This document shows positions 59,449-64,000 of a stretch of 64,000 nucleotides of DNA, piece after piece. The stretch comes from an uncultured Gammaproteobacteria bacterium (lineage in GTDB: Bacteria; Patescibacteriota; Patescibacteriia; Buchananbacterales; UBA6539). The first letter of the stretch is position 1. Each line of letters starts with the position of its first letter. A program made the translations under genes and the position numbers. The stretch covers positions 24,890-88,889 of the forward strand of contig CAZINP010000005.1 of NCBI GenBank assembly GCA_964540635.1, written 5' to 3'. The notes beneath the pieces were generated by a model, which saw nothing but the letters and a program-made list of their open reading frames with translations, made no database searches and had not been told where the DNA came from.

Positions 59449-59886
59449 TCAGAGGCAGCAAATGATTTGAGCAAGATCATAGTCACAATTGAACGAAGAG
59501 GTATATGTTGGAACCAAACAAGTTCCACAACCGGCCTTTCCTGCCAACTCAAGATCAATCTCATGATTATTTCCGATAACGAAAGTCTGATTCGGGCAAA
59601 GACCCAAACTCTTACAAGGATCAACAAAATCCTTTTTTATTTTTGGAAAAAACTTGAAAAAACCATCGAAAACCCCACTGCTTAAATCAGCTCTGGCCAG
59701 CGTTTGATCCAAATCAAGTCGCAAAAGCTCTAAATCGGCGTCTGATGCCGAATAAAGAGCAATTTTTTTTGATCGGCAATATCTGACCAGAACAACAAAA
59801 CCCGACCTAACCGGCATGGCGTTTTCCGGATCATCTTCGCACAAAATTGTGCCATAAATATCAAGGAACACGGCTCTGATTACCAT
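59449..59886 (-). CDS. HAD-like small protein with degenerate motif I (DxYGT) and Cys-rich C-terminus
   Basis: Start set at MVIRAVFLDIYGTIL (GGAGG SD 8 nt upstream); second Asp of the DxDx(T/V) motif replaced by Tyr; GC about 45%. Confidence 0.35.
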   Translation of the reverse strand: MVIRAVFLDIYGTILCEDDPENAMPVRSGFVVLVRYCRSKKIALYSASDADLELLRLDLDQTLARADLSSGVFDGFFKFFPKIKKDFVDPCKSLGLCPNQTFVIGNNHEIDLELAGKAGCGTCLVPTYTSSFNCDYDLAQIICCL

Positions 59887-59977
59887 TGTAAATTCCTCCA
59901 TTTTTTTCAGCATAACACTAAATATTTTTTTGTCAAATAAAAAAGCGCCAAAAAAGGCACTTTCTTATTTTATAAAA

Positions 59978-60706
59978 TTAATTCTTATTTTTTTCTTTTT
60001 CGGCAACCAACCGAGCGGCTTTCAATAAACTATCAAACGATTCTCCCCCATCGCCCCACCAGCCCTTTAGAATTTCAAAAGTCATGGTCTGCTGCTGACA
60101 ATAAAAATTATTCACATCTGTAATTTCTAGTTCACCGCGGCCGGAAGGCTTTAAGGTTTTAATCACATTCCAAACTTGCTTGTCATACATATAAACACCA
60201 ACAACCGCCAAATCACTCTTTGGCTCCTGAGGTTTTTCTATAATATTTATTATCTTATCTCCCTTAACTTCAGCTACACCAAAAGACTTGGGATTATCAA
60301 CCGATTTAAGAAATATCTTGGCACCAATTTCCTGGGAGGAAAAATCACTAACGGCTTTGGCGATGCTATCTTCCAAAATATTATCGCCCAATATCACACA
60401 AATCTTTTCATGGTCAGAAAAATCCTCACATAAACTTAAAGCCTGGGCAATACCTCCGGCTTCTTCTTGAACGCCAAAAGAAAATTTCGCTCCAAAATCC
60501 TTGCCCGAGCGCAGAAGCTCCAGAAATTGACCGGCATGACCCTTACCGGAAACAATCATTATGTCCTTAACACCGGCTTCAACTAAAGTTTGGATTGGAT
60601 AATAAATCATTGGTTTATTGTAAACCGGCAATAAATGCTTGTTGGTTACCCTGGTTAGTGGATCTAAACGCGAGCCGGTTCCGCCCGCCAAAATAATACC
60701 CTTCAT
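59978..60706 (-). CDS. rmlA: Glucose-1-phosphate thymidylyltransferase-like nucleotidyltransferase (short RmlA-type)
   Basis: 242 aa; MKGIILAGGTGSRLDPLT signature. Confidence 0.75.
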   Translation of the reverse strand: MKGIILAGGTGSRLDPLTRVTNKHLLPVYNKPMIYYPIQTLVEAGVKDIMIVSGKGHAGQFLELLRSGKDFGAKFSFGVQEEAGGIAQALSLCEDFSDHEKICVILGDNILEDSIAKAVSDFSSQEIGAKIFLKSVDNPKSFGVAEVKGDKIINIIEKPQEPKSDLAVVGVYMYDKQVWNVIKTLKPSGRGELEITDVNNFYCQQQTMTFEILKGWWGDGGESFDSLLKAARLVAEKEKNKN

Positions 60707-60778
60707 AAATTAAAATTTTAATGTTTTAGCCCTTAATCTAAATAAATACTATAATATAATTAAATTTTTTACAAGTAA

Positions 60779-60815
60779 AAAAGCTCCGGACAAAAGTCGC
60801 CGGAGCCGGATTTTT
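60779..60815 (-). terminator. Rho-independent terminator downstream of the GC-rich Zn-ribbon gene
   Basis: Plus strand A6-GCTCCGG-acaaaagtcg-CCGGAGC; on minus strand hairpin followed by T6. Confidence 0.65.
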
Positions 60816-60833
60816 AGCCGTTAATATCGGCTG

Positions 60834-61223
60834 TCAGCCGGGCAGACCGCAGGTGCAGTGAGCACCGCACTGGCTGCACATGGGCGCGCCACCTTCGGCC
60901 AGAACAACCTGGACCGGGAAATTCTCAATTTCCACGAGCAACGCGGCATGCTCAGCCTTGAGCTCATCCAGGCGCTGAGCAATCTCAGCTCGACGGGACT
61001 CCAGCCCCGAAATCTGGCCATGGAGATACTGCCAGGGATGACAGACGGGCATTGTGCCCTCGGCATGGAAAAGCTTAATCTGCTCCGCTTCATCCGGAGC
61101 AGTCTCGGCTTCAGTCTTCAGGCGGGCAATTGCCCCGTCAATCTGATCAAGGCGAGACTGAAGCTCGCCGATGCGATCAAAAACTGCTGCGGCCTGGCCG
61201 GCCAAAAACTCTTTTGTTCTCAC
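60834..61223 (-). CDS. Coiled-coil protein with C-terminal Cys cluster (CxxCx3CxC), strongly GC-atypical
   Basis: Start set at GTG (MRTKEFL...) 9 nt after AAGGAG; about 58% GC against about 38% background. Confidence 0.5.
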   Translation of the reverse strand: MRTKEFLAGQAAAVFDRIGELQSRLDQIDGAIARLKTEAETAPDEAEQIKLFHAEGTMPVCHPWQYLHGQISGLESRRAEIAQRLDELKAEHAALLVEIENFPVQVVLAEGGAPMCSQCGAHCTCGLPG

Positions 61224-61312
61224 GGTCAAGTACTCCTTGGGTTTGGGTTGAAAACAAAACACAAAAAACTGTGTTCTACACAGTTTAATGAAAAATTAGA
61301 AAATGTCAAGAG

Positions 61313-62167
61313 TTAAGACAGGTAATCAGACAAAGCCTCAGACCAATCCCTGAGCAATTCAGTCTTGCTATTAATTAAAACCGAATTTTTCGGTCGAGGT
61401 GTTTTGAAAGTATACTCCGAAGAAGAAATCGGCAGAAGATTGATTTTAACCCCTTTTAATTCAAATATTTTTTTAGCAAAATCAAACCACGAAGCAGCCG
61501 GCTCATTGGCTAAGTGATAAATGCCGCAAGGTTTTGATTTTTCGATCAGATTTTTTGTGGCAGCGGCCAAATCTTTTGTATAGGTCGGCTTACCAAATTG
61601 ATCGTTGACCACTTTTAATTCAGATTTTTCGGAAGACAACTTAAGCATTGTTTCAACAAAATTCATCCCCCTTGGCTTGCCAATTTGTGGCGCTTTACCG
61701 TAAAGCCAGGAAGAGCGAATTAAATAAAACATCTCGCAATTTTCCTGCAACAACTTTTCGCCTAAAGCCTTTGACTGGCCATAAGCATTAATCGGATCCG
61801 GCGCATCAGACTCAATGTAACCACCAGCCTTATTTCCCGAAAAAACATACTCGGTACTAAAATGAACAAAAACTGCGTTAATCCCCCTGCAGGCTGAGGC
61901 CAAATATCCAACCGCAAAACCATTTATTTTGTTAGCCAAATCAATATTATCTTGCGCGCCATCAACATCGGTGTAGGCAGCCGCATTAATAACAATATCG
62001 GGATGGAGTTCCCTAATTTTTACTTCAACTGCGCTCTGATCGGTAATATCAAGATTATTTATATCCCAAAGGACGGTTTCTTCACCCAAAAAAATATCCG
62101 CTAAATCGTGTCCGAGCATGCCATTGGCACCTAAGATTAAAATCTTTTTTTTCATATTTATTTCCAA
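61313..62167 (-). CDS. rmlD: dTDP-4-dehydrorhamnose reductase RmlD
   Basis: 284 aa; ILILGANGMLG Rossmann N-terminus, YGQSK catalytic motif. Confidence 0.85.
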   Translation of the reverse strand: MEINMKKKILILGANGMLGHDLADIFLGEETVLWDINNLDITDQSAVEVKIRELHPDIVINAAAYTDVDGAQDNIDLANKINGFAVGYLASACRGINAVFVHFSTEYVFSGNKAGGYIESDAPDPINAYGQSKALGEKLLQENCEMFYLIRSSWLYGKAPQIGKPRGMNFVETMLKLSSEKSELKVVNDQFGKPTYTKDLAAATKNLIEKSKPCGIYHLANEPAASWFDFAKKIFELKGVKINLLPISSSEYTFKTPRPKNSVLINSKTELLRDWSEALSDYLS

Positions 62168-62841
62168 TTTTTTGCCAATAATTTGGCAATGTATTCCTTA
62201 ATTTCCAGCTGCCGTTTAATCGGATTAGTCAATTCAATATTTAAATATTCAGAAAAATATTTTTGATTTAACTCTGCCAAATAGTCAACTTCCGAAAGTT
62301 GATCTAATACATGAGTACAATGGCCGTTTTTCTTGACGGCACTAATGTGATTGCATCCGACCCTGTACTTCTCAACTGCGTAAACAGTCGTTGGCAAATT
62401 GCCCGGCTTGCAATCTTTCCAAATCATCAAGTGAGACAGATCAATGCATAAACCGCCAAAATCTTTAATTTTACTAAAATTTTTTTCAGAATAAGTTTGC
62501 CAATTATTTTCTATAAACAATTTTTTTCTGTACTTTGATTTTGAAAATCTATTTAAACTGGGATAATGAATGGTAAAAACTCGACTCTTATAGCGACGGG
62601 CAAGGTAATCAAGCTCTTCTTCCGCAAAATCGTGCCTGATATGAACGTGAGGGATTTCATCAACCTCAATCTTTGAGAGTTCATTATAAAATTTTTTTCT
62701 TTGGCCAAAATCTATTCCGGTTAAGAAAATAGAAAAAGTTCTGACCTTTAGGCGTTTAAGTTCTTTAATTCTGGAAAGCCACGGCGTATAGTAAGTAGTG
62801 ACTGATGGGTAAATATTTTTATAAATTTTGTTTTTATCCAT
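62158..62841 (-). CDS. Hypothetical protein, possible TIM-barrel sugar isomerase/epimerase-like fold, in the position usually occupied by rmlC
   Basis: 227 aa; alternating hydrophobic beta-strand segments ending in His/Asp/Glu (VHIRHDF, TIHYP, LFIENNW, CIDLSHL); no cupin RmlC motifs. Confidence 0.3.
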   Translation of the reverse strand: MDKNKIYKNIYPSVTTYYTPWLSRIKELKRLKVRTFSIFLTGIDFGQRKKFYNELSKIEVDEIPHVHIRHDFAEEELDYLARRYKSRVFTIHYPSLNRFSKSKYRKKLFIENNWQTYSEKNFSKIKDFGGLCIDLSHLMIWKDCKPGNLPTTVYAVEKYRVGCNHISAVKKNGHCTHVLDQLSEVDYLAELNQKYFSEYLNIELTNPIKRQLEIKEYIAKLLAKNWK

Positions 62842-62894
62842 TTTTCATTTATTTTTAAATAATAAAATTGGATATATTAAATATCCAATTTATC

Positions 62895-63905
62895 TTACCT
62901 ATTCTTGTATTGCTTCTTGTAGTAGTCCAGATATTCTCCCGATTTAATTTTTTTCCACCAGTCGGGATTATTAATATACCAATCAACGGTTAACTTTAAA
63001 TACGTGTCAAAGCTGTATTCCGGCTCATAGCCAAGCTCGGCCCTGGCTTTTTCCCAATTAACCGCATATCGTCTGTCATGACCGGGACGATCCTTAACAT
63101 ATTCAATTTGCGATTCATCTTTACCTAAAATTGACAATAACTTTTTGACAATTTCCAAATTGCTTACATCTTCTGTACTGCCGCCGATACAATAGGTTTG
63201 ACCAATTCTACCTTTATGAACAATCAAGTCAATTGCTCGACAATGATCATCGACATAAAGCCAGTCTCGCACATACAAGCCATCACCATAAATCGGGACC
63301 TTTCTACCTTCTATAAGATTTGTGATAGCCAAAGGCAAAAGTTTTTCCGGAAATTGATTTGGACCAAAATTATTTGAACAGTTACTAATGGTCGCCTCCA
63401 AGCCATGGGTTTTAAAATATGATCTAACCAAATGATCGGCGGCGGCTTTGGTGGCCGCATATGGATTGTGCGGATTGTAAGGCGTACCTTCATGAAATCT
63501 ATTTTGGCTTTCCAAAGTAAGAGGGCCAAAAACTTCGTCGGTTGAAATTTGATGAAATCTTTTTTTATACTCCCTGGCGGCAGCTAATAAAATTTTTGTG
63601 CCTAAAATATTAGTCCTAATAAATTCAAAGGCGTCATGGATTGACCGGTCAACATGGGATTCAGCCGCAAAATGAATGACGATATCACAATCCTTAACCA
63701 GATCTGAAACAATTTGCGGATCACAAATATCACCCTTTACAAATTTATAATTAGGATGATCTTTTACGGTGACTAAATTTTCTAAATTGCCAGCGTAGGT
63801 TAATTTGTCCAAATTAACTATAAAATCATTTGGATATTTTTTTAACCAATATTTTATAAAATTCGAACCAATAAACCCCGCCCCTCCCGTAACCAAAATT
63901 TTCAT
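62895..63905 (-). CDS. rmlB: dTDP-glucose 4,6-dehydratase RmlB
   Basis: 336 aa; ILVTGGAGFIGSNF, YxxxK (YAATKAAAD). Confidence 0.9.
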   Translation of the reverse strand: MKILVTGGAGFIGSNFIKYWLKKYPNDFIVNLDKLTYAGNLENLVTVKDHPNYKFVKGDICDPQIVSDLVKDCDIVIHFAAESHVDRSIHDAFEFIRTNILGTKILLAAAREYKKRFHQISTDEVFGPLTLESQNRFHEGTPYNPHNPYAATKAAADHLVRSYFKTHGLEATISNCSNNFGPNQFPEKLLPLAITNLIEGRKVPIYGDGLYVRDWLYVDDHCRAIDLIVHKGRIGQTYCIGGSTEDVSNLEIVKKLLSILGKDESQIEYVKDRPGHDRRYAVNWEKARAELGYEPEYSFDTYLKLTVDWYINNPDWWKKIKSGEYLDYYKKQYKNR

Positions 63906-64000
63906 AACTTCTTATCTAATTTTAATCTAAAATAATAAAATGAAACAATTGTTGGTGCATCTTTAATGACGCCAGTTTCAATCATTTTAACGATTCTTTT

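Noticed and set aside
63902-64000. Stop-free 33-codon minus-strand frame ending in TGA that overlaps the rmlB ATG (possible 3' end of an upstream gene entering from beyond the window)
   Set aside because: Only 32 residues (…IETGVIKDAPTIVSFYYFRLKLDKKL) with no recognisable motif. In AT-rich DNA an open stretch of this length is not significant. Cannot be supported without upstream sequence.
1-64000. Searched by eye for tRNA (GTTCGAATC-type T-arms), rRNA and CRISPR repeat arrays
   Set aside because: No convincing T-arm/acceptor pairs in intergenic regions, no rRNA-like conserved blocks, and no regularly spaced direct repeats were found. A proper tRNAscan/Infernal/CRT run would be needed to exclude them.

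Overview
This window looks like an AT-rich bacterial chromosome segment whose native genes mostly lack Shine-Dalgarno (SD) sequences. The gene content fits a reduced-genome lineage such as Patescibacteria/CPR: an archaeal-type UMP kinase, a compact dcw/mur set, and a type IV pilus operon with no secretin. I did not find any rRNA gene, tRNA gene or CRISPR array by eye. A few intergenic DnaA-box-like 9-mers and inverted repeats are present.

Recognisable content, in order along the window:
- a partial dus gene and a GT28 lipid glycosyltransferase;
- dcw block 1 on the minus strand, mraZ-rsmH-ftsL-ftsI-murF, with no murE;
- two CheY-like single-domain receivers, tsaB, an alpha/beta hydrolase and a wHTH regulator, divergent from a 762-aa TM/beta-propeller protein;
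- rplJ-rplL, archaeal-type pyrH, mltG, a sugar nucleotidyltransferase, uppP and fpg;
- a dnaA-like gene cut by an in-frame TAA, next to an RHH/Zn-ribbon gene;
- a run of small housekeeping genes (CoA-binding, histidine phosphatase, DUF1858, csaA-like, DMT, short PPase-like, NUDIX), then secA;
- dcw block 2, mraY-murD-ftsW-murG-murC-murB;
- a type IV pilus operon, pilB-pilC followed by four pseudopilins in T2SS-like H-I-J-K order and pilM-N-O;
- an iscR-iscU-nfu-iscS operon;
- rpmA, pyrG and rplI;
- an unusual cluster: acylphosphatase, three tandem paralogs ending in a PEP-utilizing phospho-His swivel domain, one stand-alone PPDK_N ATP-grasp ORF translationally coupled (ATGA) to one paralog, an M29-like aminopeptidase and a PTA_PTB-like protein;
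- ctpA, murA and a PEGA-domain protein;
- an rml locus, rmlB-unknown-rmlD-rmlA-like, with no recognisable cupin rmlC and with a GC-rich SD-bearing gene inserted.

Two themes seem most worth follow-up. The first is the modular rifampin-phosphotransferase-like or PEP-synthase-like cluster. The second is a set of GC-rich, SD-bearing small genes sitting in an SD-poor AT-rich background. That set includes the interrupted dnaA-like gene and its RHH partner, and they look horizontally acquired.
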